Below, piece after piece: positions 50,837-60,874 of a stretch of DNA of 60,874 bases. Made by a program: the position numbers and the translations under genes. The DNA comes from Armatimonadota bacterium. Its GTDB lineage: Bacteria > Armatimonadota > DTGP01 > DASXUI01. Position 1 is the stretch's first letter. Each line of letters begins with the position of its first letter. The stretch lies in the NCBI GenBank assembly GCA_036504955.1, contig DASXUI010000097.1, positions 1 through 60,874 on the forward strand. The letters run 5' to 3'. Under the pieces are notes generated by a model. That model saw nothing but the letters and a program-made list of their open reading frames with translations, searched no databases and was not told the DNA's origin.

Positions 50837-51689
50837 CTTCGAGCGCCTCAGCTTCCGCAACCTCCCGGTCAGGCCCCGAGTCCTGAGCCCCACCCGCCCC
50901 GAGGACTGGCTCTGCTCCGAGGGCTGCCGGATGCCCTGGCGCGAGGCGGGCCACAACTGGCTGCGCGACCAGTGCCTCCACGAGGCGGAAGCGGCCCTGC
51001 GGGAGACCGAGCGGATCGAGGCGCAGCGCCAGGCCCGCCGCGAGGCCCGCGAGGCCTCGGACGCCGCGCAACTCCGGCTAGACTCACGCATCAGCCAGAT
51101 CCTGGCCGGCTGCACCTTCGCCAACTTCCGCGTGGAGCACCGCGCCATGCGGGCCATCATGGCCGACGTTCGGCTGATGTCGGAGCACCCCCAGGGCGCC
51201 CTCTACCTGGACGGCCCCACCGGGACCGGCAAGAGCCACCTGGCCGCGGCGGCCTGTAACGCCGTGCTGGACCGAGGGCAACGCGCCGTCATGCGCTACA
51301 GCCACGAACTCTTCGCGGAGCTCTTCGAGGAGGTACGTCGCCAGGAGGACCGAGACAGCGCCTCCCGCTCCCTGCTGGAGTCCCTGCACCGCTCCCGGCT
51401 GCTGGTGCTAGACGACTACGCGCTAGTGAGGCCCAAGGCGCTGGAGGCAGACCACCTGCTGGAGATTCTGCACCACCGCATGGCTCACGGCGGGGGGCTC
51501 ATCATCACCAGCAACGTGCCCATGACGGCGCTCAAGGGCCGCTACGTCGAGGCTGGCGCCGCCCTCTTCTCCCGCCTGAGTGGCCTCTGCCGCCGAGAGG
51601 ACGGAGAGCCTCGCATCTACACCGTGCCGGCCAGCATCACCGACCACCGCATCCGTCCCCTCGCGGCGAAGGAGGCCCGCCATGCCTAG
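50826..51689 (+). CDS. DnaC/IstB-like AAA+ helicase loader
   Basis: 287 aa with Walker A GPTGTGKSHLAAA, Walker B LLVLDDY and IITSN. Confidence 0.85.
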   Translation: MATDFERLSFRNLPVRPRVLSPTRPEDWLCSEGCRMPWREAGHNWLRDQCLHEAEAALRETERIEAQRQARREAREASDAAQLRLDSRISQILAGCTFANFRVEHRAMRAIMADVRLMSEHPQGALYLDGPTGTGKSHLAAAACNAVLDRGQRAVMRYSHELFAELFEEVRRQEDRDSASRSLLESLHRSRLLVLDDYALVRPKALEADHLLEILHHRMAHGGGLIITSNVPMTALKGRYVEAGAALFSRLSGLCRREDGEPRIYTVPASITDHRIRPLAAKEARHA

Positions 51690-51852
51690 GACTCTACCGC
51701 TCCCCCTGCAAGACCACCTGCGCTCCGTCCAGGTCGTGGACTGGGAGGCGCGCCGCCAGGGCCGCAACACGACCCGCGAGCGGATCCGCCTCGGCCACAC
51801 GCTGCGCCTGCGCTGGCCAGCGTCCCCGAAGGTCCGGAGGGTTCAGCGATGA
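51682..51852 (+). CDS. hypothetical small basic protein
   Basis: 56 aa from ATG 51682, overlapping the loader stop by 8 nt. Confidence 0.35.
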   Translation: MPRTLPLPLQDHLRSVQVVDWEARRQGRNTTRERIRLGHTLRLRWPASPKVRRVQR

Positions 51853-51977
51853 CACGAGCACTCAGACCTCTGGGAGTCCGGAGGGTGCGGCCCCTGAAGG
51901 CCGAGCATCCCCACTACTACAAGCGGATCCGCCGAGTCGGTCGCCGCGTGCTCAGGAAGCTGGGCCTCTGCCATGCC
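51849..51977 (+). CDS. hypothetical 42-aa basic protein (below ORF-track cutoff)
   Basis: My translation gives MTRALRPLGVRRVRPLKAEHPHYYKRIRRVGRRVLRKLGLCHA. ATGA overlaps at both ends fill the gap exactly. Confidence 0.35.
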
Positions 51978-52284
51978 TGACACCCTGACCCTACAGGCCG
52001 GAGAGCGCACCCTCACCCTCGCCGGCGATGAGGCCCACGCCCTGATCGAGCGCTACTTCCCCGCCGAGGAGTCCGCCCCGGCCCCCGAGCCCATCGACCC
52101 CCGCCGCGCGGCCGAGGAGGAGGCCCAGGAGGCCCTGCGGACCCTCTGGGCCGACACGCCCGACTACCTGCGGCTCTGCTGGGGTGTGGAGCGCGTGCAG
52201 GACCTCACAGAGCGCGGCCTTCGAGAACTGCTGGCCCGCATCCCCAGCCGCCGAGCCTGGCTGTCGCACGGGAGGAGACGATGA
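51973..52284 (+). CDS. hypothetical protein
   Basis: 103 aa, coupled on both sides. Confidence 0.45.
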   Translation: MPDTLTLQAGERTLTLAGDEAHALIERYFPAEESAPAPEPIDPRRAAEEEAQEALRTLWADTPDYLRLCWGVERVQDLTERGLRELLARIPSRRAWLSHGRRR

Positions 52285-52424
52285 AGAACCGAGCACACAG
52301 TTTTCGCAAGCGACGGGCCCGCTCCTGGATCGCCGTGGAGTGCCGGCTCTGGAAGGCGCAGCGCCCCTGGAGCCACCTGCTGCGCCAGGTCCGCCGGCTG
52401 GAGCGCCTGGAGGTGGGGCTGTGA
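52281..52424 (+). CDS. hypothetical 47-aa basic protein (below ORF-track cutoff)
   Basis: MKNRAHSFRKRRARSWIAVECRLWKAQRPWSHLLRQVRRLERLEVGL. ATGA overlap upstream and GTGA overlap with the methyltransferase start. Confidence 0.35.
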   Translation: MKNRAHSFRKRRARSWIAVECRLWKAQRPWSHLLRQVRRLERLEVGL

Positions 52425-53707
52425 CGGCTACCTACCAGATCCTCGAGGGCGACGTGCGCGAGCAGCTGGCTACCCTGCCGGCGGAGTCGGTCCACTGCTG
52501 CGTGACCAGCGTCCCCTATTGGGGCCTTCGGGCGTACAACACAGAGCCGCAGGTGTGGGCGGACGGTTGGCGCGGAGAGCTCGGCCAGGAGCCGACGCCG
52601 GACCTGTACGTGGCGCACATGGTCGAGGTATTCCAGGCCGTGCGGCGCGTGCTGCGGAAGGACGGCACCCTCTGGCTCAACTGCGGGGACTCCTACGCCA
52701 CTGGTGCCGGCCGCGTGGGCGAGTGCCCAGGCGGAGGAGAGCAGGGAGAGCGTTGGGCCGGCTACAGAGGCACCCGCGACGGTAGCCCCAAGCACACGGC
52801 GGGCATCGGCCCCATGATTCAGCCTAACAGGATGCCCTTGCCTGGCCTCAAGCCGAAAGACCTCCTGCTGATGCCCGCGCGCCTCGCCCTAGCGTTGCAG
52901 GCGGACGGGTGGTGGCTGCGCTCTGACATCATCTGGCAGAAGCCGACCTGTATGCCGGGTAGCCAGACGGATCGTCCGACCAGCAGCCACGAGCACATCT
53001 TCCTGCTGGCGAAGGCAGAGCGATACTTCTACGACCGCTGGGCCATCGCGGAGCCATCGGCAGGCGGGAACCACGGAACGGCGGCCAGCTTCAGGCGCAC
53101 CGCCTCTGCCCGTGGACAGGTGCTCCAACCCGGTAACACCGCCACTCATAGGCCGGACCGCGAAGAGGTCTGCTATGACGGGCCTACACGCAACGCCCGC
53201 GACGTGTGGAGCATCCGCTCCGAGGCGTCCCCCTTTGAGCACTACGCCGCCTTCCCTCCGGAGCTGCCCCGACGCTGCATCCTAGCGGGTACGAGCCAGG
53301 CCGGCGTATGCCCTGAGTGCGGGGCACCGTGGGCGCGAGTGGAGGGGAACCGCGAGGGTGTGCGCCCGCCGAAGCGGACCCGGCACCCCGAGGGACAGCA
53401 CCCCTTTGACGACTACCACGGGCGGACGCCTACGGTCCGGCATCTGACCGGAGCATGGGCTCCTACCTGCACCTGTGACGCCGGCTCTCCGGTCCCCGCT
53501 ACCGTGCTCGATCCCTTCTCGGGGACCGGCACCACTGCTGCGGAGGCGCTGCTGCTGGGCCGCAACGGAACCGGGATCGAGCTGTCGCCGGAGTATGCCG
53601 AGATGAGCCGGACGCGCTGTCAGGCGGCCGCCAACGGGCGGGTGCTGAAGCGGCGGAGGACGGAGGAGATCGAAGGTCAGCTATCCCTCGAGGAGGTGAA
53701 CCTATGA
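52421..53707 (+). CDS. DNA methyltransferase (N4/N6 type, PF01555-like, beta class order)
   Basis: 428 aa from GTG 52421. Catalytic motif CVTSVPYWG (SPPY-like), IIWQKP..., and the C-terminal AdoMet motif VLDPFSGTGTTAAEA. No cognate nuclease is nearby. Confidence 0.85.
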   Translation: MTATYQILEGDVREQLATLPAESVHCCVTSVPYWGLRAYNTEPQVWADGWRGELGQEPTPDLYVAHMVEVFQAVRRVLRKDGTLWLNCGDSYATGAGRVGECPGGGEQGERWAGYRGTRDGSPKHTAGIGPMIQPNRMPLPGLKPKDLLLMPARLALALQADGWWLRSDIIWQKPTCMPGSQTDRPTSSHEHIFLLAKAERYFYDRWAIAEPSAGGNHGTAASFRRTASARGQVLQPGNTATHRPDREEVCYDGPTRNARDVWSIRSEASPFEHYAAFPPELPRRCILAGTSQAGVCPECGAPWARVEGNREGVRPPKRTRHPEGQHPFDDYHGRTPTVRHLTGAWAPTCTCDAGSPVPATVLDPFSGTGTTAAEALLLGRNGTGIELSPEYAEMSRTRCQAAANGRVLKRRRTEEIEGQLSLEEVNL

Positions 53708-54675
53708 GCCGCGTCCTCATCCACCCCGAGCGCCTGCGGGAACTCTTCGACGCCGGCATGCCCTACCGCGACATCGCCCAGGAGCTAGGAGTGCGGGAGC
53801 AGTCCGTGAAGGCGCGCCTCGGACGGATGGGCTTGCACCGCCAGCCCCGGCACTGGACGCCCGCCGAGGAGCAGCAGCTCCGCAACTTGGCGGGCCTCTA
53901 CCCGCCGACCGAGATCGCCCTGCACCTGGAGCGCGGAGCGACGGCCATCAGGGTTCGGATGGCGCGCCTGGGCATCAGCACCAAGCCCCGGCAGCCGCAG
54001 GCCCTGACGGTGCCGGTCATCGCCCGAGCCCTCGGGGTGGACGCCTCGACCGTCAAGGGCTGGGTGCGGGAGGGCCTGCTGCGGTGCCGACCCTGGGAGG
54101 GGCGCGGAGGCTACGTGCCGGGAGTGCTCATCTACCCGGAGCCCCTGCGAGAGTTCCTAACCCAGCACCCGGAGCGCCTCGACCTGGCGAAGGTCCCGGC
54201 CGGCCCCTATCGGCTGCTGCTAGAGCGCGTCTGGACGCCAGAGGCGAGGGCCGAATACTGGTCTGCCGCCCACCGGACCGAAGGACACGGGCTCTGGACG
54301 ACTCCACTGCTGGCCTCGGCGCTGGGAGCAGACCCGGTTTCGGTGCTGGCAGGCATCCGGTCCGGACGCTTCCCGGCCCGCCGCGAGGGCTCCGGCGGCT
54401 ATGTGATGCGCCCGCAGGACGTGCTGCCCGCCAGCGCCCTCATCCCCACCTGGCACGACGCCTCTTCCTGCCCTCCGCTCTGCCTCACCTGCCGGCGTGC
54501 CATGCTGGTGGCGCCCGAGGGGGTGCTGCGGATCGGCCACGAGTTCCGGCGCCCCATCGAGACCGGCCACCGGCGCCGCTGGCACCAGCGAGACTACACC
54601 TGGCGCGCCCAGCGCCAACTGACGCAGTGCGACCCCTGCCACCAGGAGGGCCGCAGGCTGGAGATGCCGAGATGA
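53704..54675 (+). CDS. multi-HTH DNA-binding protein
   Basis: 323 aa with several HTH-like segments (YRDIAQELGVREQSVKARL; VPVIARALGVDASTVKGWVREG; LLASALGADPVSVLAGIRSG) and a C-terminal Cys/His cluster. Confidence 0.5.
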   Translation: MSRVLIHPERLRELFDAGMPYRDIAQELGVREQSVKARLGRMGLHRQPRHWTPAEEQQLRNLAGLYPPTEIALHLERGATAIRVRMARLGISTKPRQPQALTVPVIARALGVDASTVKGWVREGLLRCRPWEGRGGYVPGVLIYPEPLREFLTQHPERLDLAKVPAGPYRLLLERVWTPEARAEYWSAAHRTEGHGLWTTPLLASALGADPVSVLAGIRSGRFPARREGSGGYVMRPQDVLPASALIPTWHDASSCPPLCLTCRRAMLVAPEGVLRIGHEFRRPIETGHRRRWHQRDYTWRAQRQLTQCDPCHQEGRRLEMPR

Positions 54676-54893
54676 GAGACCATACCTGGCCGCGCCCGGG
54701 GACCCACTGCCACCGGCTGCTGGCCGTCCTGAAGGCGAGCCCCGGCGACTGGTGCGCCAACCTCTACCAGCGCCTGGGCGTGATGGTCCACAGCCGAGTG
54801 GCGGACCTGCGGAGCCACGGCTATCGCGTGGAGAGCCGCTGCGCCGGCCGTGGGCGCTACGAGTATCGGATCGTGACGGAGGAGCCGCGATGA
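54672..54893 (+). CDS. small winged-helix protein
   Basis: 73 aa from ATG 54672 (ATGA overlap). Contains ..VHSRVADLRSHGYRVESR..GRYEYRIV. Confidence 0.5.
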   Translation: MRDHTWPRPGTHCHRLLAVLKASPGDWCANLYQRLGVMVHSRVADLRSHGYRVESRCAGRGRYEYRIVTEEPR

Positions 54894-55135
54894 ACCGCCC
54901 ACAGAAGGACCCCGAGGCGGTCGCCTACGGGAGGCGCCTCAAGAGACTGCGGGTCATCGCCCGACTGACCCGCCCGCAGCTCGCCAAGATCAGCCTGGCC
55001 TCGGAGGATAGCATCAAGCACTACGAGTCCGGGCTCCGGATGCCCTCCTCTGAGTACCGCGCCAACCTGGAGCGTGTGCTGGCCGAGCGAGTCGGCCCCT
55101 GCGCCCACTGTCCGCTGAGGGAGGGGACGGCATGA
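54890..55135 (+). CDS. XRE-family HTH transcriptional regulator
   Basis: 81 aa from ATG 54890. Contains YGRRLKRLRVIARLTRPQLAKISLASEDSIKHYESGLRMPS. Confidence 0.7.
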   Translation: MNRPQKDPEAVAYGRRLKRLRVIARLTRPQLAKISLASEDSIKHYESGLRMPSSEYRANLERVLAERVGPCAHCPLREGTA

Positions 55136-55488
55136 GCGAGCAGAGAGAGCCCTACACCTGGCCCGAGGGAGGCGCACCCGAGGCCCCCACCGACACCGCC
55201 AAGCCCGCCGGAACGCGGGTGGACCCCCGGAGCTTCGACCACCGCTGGACCCGCGCCAAGCACGCGGTGGTGGCGGCCGTGAAGCTCGGCCGTGGGGTCG
55301 AGTACGCGGTGCTGGAGGGCTGGCGGGAGCTGCTGCCCTATCCTGGGGCTCGGGAGAAGATTGCGGCCATCATCCAGACTTCGAACCTCCTCTGCGAAAC
55401 GGCAGAGGCCGCGCTGGAGTCCAGCCACAAGGCCGCCAGCCGCAAGAGTCGGAAGGCGGCCACGCTGCCGCTGGAGGTGGAGGCATGA
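55132..55488 (+). CDS. hypothetical protein
   Basis: 118 aa with an ATGA overlap. Confidence 0.45.
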   Translation: MSEQREPYTWPEGGAPEAPTDTAKPAGTRVDPRSFDHRWTRAKHAVVAAVKLGRGVEYAVLEGWRELLPYPGAREKIAAIIQTSNLLCETAEAALESSHKAASRKSRKAATLPLEVEA

Positions 55489-55658
55489 AGCGGACAAGGC
55501 AATACGGCAGAGCCCGTTGGGGCAAGCCTAACCCTCTCACCAAGAAGGCGATCCGCGAGCACAACAAGGCGCTTGACTACGAGAATGGATGGATTGAGCC
55601 CACTTCAGCAGACCGGGACGCGGCCAGAGAGCAGCCAGAGACAGAGGTGACGCCGTGA
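55485..55658 (+). CDS. hypothetical 57-aa protein (below ORF-track cutoff)
   Basis: MKRTRQYGRARWGKPNPLTKKAIREHNKALDYENGWIEPTSADRDAAREQPETEVTP. ATGA overlap upstream and GTGA overlap downstream. Confidence 0.4.
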   Translation: MKRTRQYGRARWGKPNPLTKKAIREHNKALDYENGWIEPTSADRDAAREQPETEVTP

Positions 55659-56122
55659 GCACCCTCACGAAGCCCCGCAAGTCGCGAGTCGTGACCGAGC
55701 GGGAAGACGCCGTACAGAGGCGCATCCTCAGCACCTGGGACGCCATCAACAACGGCCTGCAGACCCCCTATGAGGTGCTGAGCACCAGCCGCCAGGCCCG
55801 CAACTACACGCGCGGGGGCGGCGCTGGCGTCACCCAGGGAGTGCCGGACCTGCTGTTCGCTCACCCGGCCTGGGGCGGCATCCTGGTCGGCCAGGAGGTC
55901 AAGACGCACGACCGCACCAGCAAGCCCAGCGAGGCCCAAGCGAGGCTCGCGGAGATGGGCGTGTATGCCATCGTGCGCGATGAGCTGCAGAGCGTGGGCG
56001 CCCTGGCGATGTGGGAGTACCACCACCGGCCGGAGGGCTGGCTGGGGCGCTACGAGCACCTGATCCAGTGGCTGCGCGCCAACGGAGGGCCGGTAGTGAG
56101 GGAGGTACGGCACCATGGATAG
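55655..56122 (+). CDS. VRR-NUC domain nuclease
   Basis: 155 aa with GVPDLLFAHPAWGGILVGQEVKTHDRTSKPSEAQARLAEMGVYAIV (the PD-(D/E)xK VRR-NUC pattern). Confidence 0.75.
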   Translation: MSTLTKPRKSRVVTEREDAVQRRILSTWDAINNGLQTPYEVLSTSRQARNYTRGGGAGVTQGVPDLLFAHPAWGGILVGQEVKTHDRTSKPSEAQARLAEMGVYAIVRDELQSVGALAMWEYHHRPEGWLGRYEHLIQWLRANGGPVVREVRHHG

Positions 56123-56480
56123 GCAGTGGCGGACGCTGACCGACACCCAGGCGTGGGAAGTCGCACGGCAGATGGACCCGCAGAACAGGGACCTGGAGAC
56201 CTATCAGCAGATAGTTCTTCGCTTAGCCCTCCGCGAGACGCTCTCGGACGTGGACACCCAGCGCGACACCATCGTGGCGCTGGAAGGAGAGGTCGCACGG
56301 CTGCGGGAGATGGTGGCGGGGGCAGACCGCTTCTGGTGCGGCGAAGTCAGAATCTGGGGCACACTCGCCGGCAGGTGGTGGTGCAGCGAGGGGCCATTTG
56401 AGGAGGAGCCTGGCAGCTTCCCCACCCTCGACGAGGCGTGGGATGCGGCGAAGGCGGCACTGAAGGAGGCAGCGGAGTGA
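56115..56480 (+). CDS. hypothetical protein
   Basis: 121 aa, overlapping the VRR-NUC stop by 8 nt. Confidence 0.45.
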   Translation: MDRQWRTLTDTQAWEVARQMDPQNRDLETYQQIVLRLALRETLSDVDTQRDTIVALEGEVARLREMVAGADRFWCGEVRIWGTLAGRWWCSEGPFEEEPGSFPTLDEAWDAAKAALKEAAE

Positions 56481-56672
56481 GCAATGCCCCGGTGCTGGCC
56501 ATGGGGATTGAGGACGCGGCACGGTCCGTGGGGCTGAGCTACCAGACGCTCCGGAAGGCGGTGGAGCGGCAGGAGCTGCCGGTGGTCAAGGAGGGGCGGC
56601 GGGTGCTGGTAACGGTCGCTAGTCTGAGGCGCTGGCTGGAGAGCAAAGAGGAGACCTGGCGATGCAGCCCCA

Positions 56673-56683
<11 letters not shown>
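56477..56683 (+). CDS. xis: excisionase-family HTH DNA-binding protein
   Basis: GTGA-coupled start at 56477 (or ATG 56501). Contains IEDAARSVGLSYQTLRKAVERQELPVVKEGRRVLVTVASLRRWLE. It is the last phage gene, and its stop codon lies inside the arm repeat CCGGAATGTAG. Confidence 0.7.
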
Positions 56684-58422
<1,739 letters not shown>

Positions 58423-58589
58423 TTACACTACCTCCTTGAAGTCACGCTCTCGCGCGAACCTGCTCGGGCGCCCGGTGGCGGCCCACTATCCCGCACACGG
58501 AGCCCCTGAAGTCTTAGCCTGCGATACGCATACTGGCCCCGAGGCCGCGCGCCCCACCAGCGGTGAGGGTGCCTCGGCAGCCGCGCGAG

Positions 58590-58883
58590 TTAGCCCTTGA
58601 TGGCGTAGATGGAATCCTCGTCGAGGATCACGAGCTCCTGACCATCCACCGTTACCTCGTTGCCGCCATACTTGGCGTAGACAACCTTATCGCCCACCTT
58701 CACAGACATGGGCTTGCGCTCACCAGTGTCCAGCACCCGGCCTGGACCCACGGCCACGACCTCGCCCTCCTGGGGCTTCTTCTTAGCGGAATCCGGCAGG
58801 ACGATGCCGCCCGCGGTGGTCTCCTCACCCTCGGTCGCCTTCACGACTACCTTGTCGCCCAACGGTTTGATCAAGTGTGTCAC
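58590..58883 (-). CDS. groES: co-chaperonin GroES (Cpn10)
   Basis: 97 aa. Contains IKPLGDKVVVK..TAGGIVLPDSAKKKPQEGEVVAVGPG. Confidence 0.97.
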   Translation of the reverse strand: MTHLIKPLGDKVVVKATEGEETTAGGIVLPDSAKKKPQEGEVVAVGPGRVLDTGERKPMSVKVGDKVVYAKYGGNEVTVDGQELVILDEDSIYAIKG

Positions 58884-59013
58884 CTCCCCAAGAGATAGCT
58901 GCTGCGCGTTGGCCTGCCCCGGAGGCGGGCCCAGAAGGCCTGCCTGCTAGCCACGAAGACCCGTGGTGCCCCGCCCATCCGCCCGGCGGGATTCGCCTCG
59001 CGCAGAGCGCGGA

Positions 59014-59040
59014 TTAGCACTCAGCAGTAGGGAGTGCCAA
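59014..59040. promoter_or_regulatory. CIRCE operator (HrcA binding site) upstream of groES
   Basis: TTAGCACTC-AGCAGTAGG-GAGTGCCAA compared with the consensus TTAGCACTC-N9-GAGTGCTAA (1 mismatch), 131 nt upstream of the groES start. Confidence 0.85.
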
Positions 59041-59174
59041 TCCCTTCGATATGCTAGCAGGAGGCCACTAAGGTGTCAACAGACCGCAGGCGGCCCATTG
59101 GGTCAGCTGCCAAGATGCCCCTACACCAGAAGGAGTGGGGCCCTTGCCTGCGCGAAGACTCTAGTGTGCCTCGC

Positions 59175-60566
59175 ATGACTCGTTACCCTCTCATCATCAG
59201 CCGGTCCCCCGGAAGCACGGGAGCAGGCGGCCCGCGCCTTGGCAGCGCCGCTGCCCTTGGGACCGCGATCGCGCTTATGCTGCTTTTGCTCCCCAGTTAC
59301 GCCAAGGCGGCGAGGCCGGCCACCGCCTCCCGCGCCCCGGTGACGAAGCGCGCTCCCAAGGCGGCCCCGCAGCCCGCCCGCCTGCTTGTGAAGCCATCTC
59401 GGCTTGAGGTGGGGCCCGGGGAGAAGGGCCTAGTCGTGGAGATCACGATCACGCCTCCGGGGCGCAAGCGGACCCAGGCCATGCTTTCCGCCGACCTACC
59501 GGCGGGCGTTACCCTCGATCCCGAGGCGTGGACCGGCGAGGTTCCGCCCTGGGGGGCCAAGGCGTACCTGAAGCTCGGCGCGCTCCCCGCGACAAGGGCT
59601 GGCGGCCTAGTTCGGTTCAGAGCCACCTTTCTGGTCTCTGGGGCTGCTGCCACGGGTGACCTGGTCGCGGAGGTGACGCCGCCCCTGGCCGTAGCGATCA
59701 AGCCGGACCCGGTCGGCAGCTCCGTGAAGGTATGGGTACGCAACCTTCTGAAGCAGCGGCCGCTGAGGGTGCGAGCCGCGATCACCAACAAGGATCGCTT
59801 CCTTCAGAACGTGGTCTCCGGGATGACGCCGGAACTGGGTCCGGGCAGGAGCGCCGAGGTGACCATCCCCGTCATCTCCGACGGCATCGCGCCCGACGTC
59901 CCCTACCGCTTCGAGGCGACCGCCCAGACCTTCCAGGGCTACCGGACGAAGGTGGCCCGGCAGCTCACCTTCCTCACCGCTCCGCGCCGCCCGCAGCCCC
60001 CAGTCGTGGACGGCTCGCTGAAGGGCTGGGAGGACGCCTATGTGGTGGTGGCACGAGGCGCCGTGGCAGGCCGGCTCTCCGGAGTCACGGGCCGTGTGGT
60101 CTGGGACGATGAGAACCTCTATCTCCAGGTGCGCGCCGTGGATCGCCGGACGGCGGCCCCGGGCCCGCGCGCGGGCGCTGGAGCCGTGGACAGCCTCCAG
60201 GTCGCCATCGACCCGGCGGGGCTCCACCTCCCCTACTCCCCCTGGATCCTCGTAACCGCTCAGCCCTCGTCCGAGCCTAGCGGCGCCTCAGTGTCGGCCG
60301 CCTACTCCGCCCATCCGGAGAGACATGGCCTGCCTGGTGCCAAGGCCACGTGGAGCTGGCGGGACGGGCTTGGGACCTACACGCTGGCCCTACCCTGGAG
60401 TGAGCTGGGGATGCAGGCGCGCGTGGGCCTCACCTTTGGCTTCAGCTTCCGAGCCGAGATCGCGGAGGGCAGCTCCCCCGGCGAGGGTCTGGGCTGGGGG
60501 ACGGGCATCGTCCCCACTCTGGACCCACAGCAGTTCGGTGACCTCACCTTGGGAGGTTCGGAGTAG
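59175..60566 (+). CDS. secreted protein with C-terminal CBM9/DOMON-like domain
   Basis: ATG 59175 (the track ORF starts at 59073). Hydrophobic signal AAALGTAIALMLLLLPSYAKA and C-terminal VDGSLKGWEDAYVV...VVWDDENLYLQVRAVD...DSLQVAIDP. Confidence 0.5.
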   Translation: MTRYPLIISRSPGSTGAGGPRLGSAAALGTAIALMLLLLPSYAKAARPATASRAPVTKRAPKAAPQPARLLVKPSRLEVGPGEKGLVVEITITPPGRKRTQAMLSADLPAGVTLDPEAWTGEVPPWGAKAYLKLGALPATRAGGLVRFRATFLVSGAAATGDLVAEVTPPLAVAIKPDPVGSSVKVWVRNLLKQRPLRVRAAITNKDRFLQNVVSGMTPELGPGRSAEVTIPVISDGIAPDVPYRFEATAQTFQGYRTKVARQLTFLTAPRRPQPPVVDGSLKGWEDAYVVVARGAVAGRLSGVTGRVVWDDENLYLQVRAVDRRTAAPGPRAGAGAVDSLQVAIDPAGLHLPYSPWILVTAQPSSEPSGASVSAAYSAHPERHGLPGAKATWSWRDGLGTYTLALPWSELGMQARVGLTFGFSFRAEIAEGSSPGEGLGWGTGIVPTLDPQQFGDLTLGGSE

Positions 60567-60568
60567 AA

Positions 60569-60874
60569 ATGAGCGATGAGCGGCCGGAGCTAGGAGTTGG
60601 GAGGGAGAAGCTTCGCGCCGGACCGCTTGTGCTTCTGGAGGGCCAGCCCGGGGCCCCAGAGGAGGGCCCAAAGGCGTTCTCCAAAGCCGTTACCTGGCGT
60701 TCCGTGCTCCTCGGCAGCATCCTCACACCCATTAACTGCTACTGGGTGATCCAGATGGAGCGGGTGCGCTACTCCGCTCACCCCACCACCATCTCCATCC
60801 TCTTCAACGCGGTCTTTGGCGTCCTCATCGTCTACATGCTGAACCGCCTGGTGGCCCGGCGGCGCCCCTCCTGG
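60569..60874 (+). CDS. membrane protein, N-terminal fragment (continues beyond window)
   Basis: Not in the track because there is no stop. ATG 60569 gives MSDERPELGVGREK...AVTWRSVLLGSILTPINCYWVIQMERVRYSAHPTTISILFNAVFGVLIVYMLNRL, with at least two TM segments. Confidence 0.5.
   Translation, partial: MSDERPELGVGREKLRAGPLVLLEGQPGAPEEGPKAFSKAVTWRSVLLGSILTPINCYWVIQMERVRYSAHPTTISILFNAVFGVLIVYMLNRLVARRRPSW

Noticed and set aside
54890-55488. The XRE HTH gene plus the downstream 118-aa ORF as a toxin-antitoxin pair
   Set aside because: Both are ordinary links in the ATGA-coupled early operon, the 118-aa protein has no toxin motif, and XRE-type regulators are routine in phage early regions.

Overview
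High-GC (roughly two-thirds G+C by eye) bacterial chromosome segment on which I ran no searches; every family call comes from motifs I recognise in the supplied translations or in my own hand translations. Many long ORFs in the track are antisense or out-of-frame shadows caused by the GC content and are not reported. (1) 1-11.5 kb holds host genes: a PaaK/F390-synthetase-like ligase fragment, an isochorismatase-family hydrolase, isocitrate dehydrogenase, glycerate kinase, a URO-D-family protein, a PilB/GspE secretion ATPase and a large secreted clan GH-A glycosidase. (2) About 11.55-56.8 kb is a complete ~45-kb temperate siphovirus-type prophage. From left to right it carries a tyrosine integrase, a small cargo operon, and an XhlA-holin-amidase lysis cassette fused to a sigma factor and a cohesin/dockerin protein. 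Next comes one long minus-strand late operon running terS-terL-portal-head-connector-tail-TMP-Dit-Tal-fibre. This is followed by an accessory island, a ~1-kb non-coding switch region, and a plus-strand early/replication arm (Gam, RecT/Bet, replication organiser with internal iterons, DnaC-like loader, DNA methyltransferase, VRR-NUC, excisionase-like HTH). (3) 56.8-60.9 kb holds groEL-groES with a CIRCE operator, a secreted CBM9-like protein and a membrane-protein fragment. The most notable points follow. The prophage sits exactly on the groEL stop codon, with lambda-like attachment-site architecture, and it brings its own terminator. The virion module contains an unusual set of Sec-exported proteins: a fibre-like protein followed by a phage Skp/OmpH homologue, and an SGNH esterase. 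The lysis genes are translationally coupled to a sigma factor and a dockerin protein. A prepilin-like gene next to int has no in-frame start codon. Several uncharacterised cargo modules are present. I found no CRISPR array, tRNA, rRNA or reverse transcriptase.
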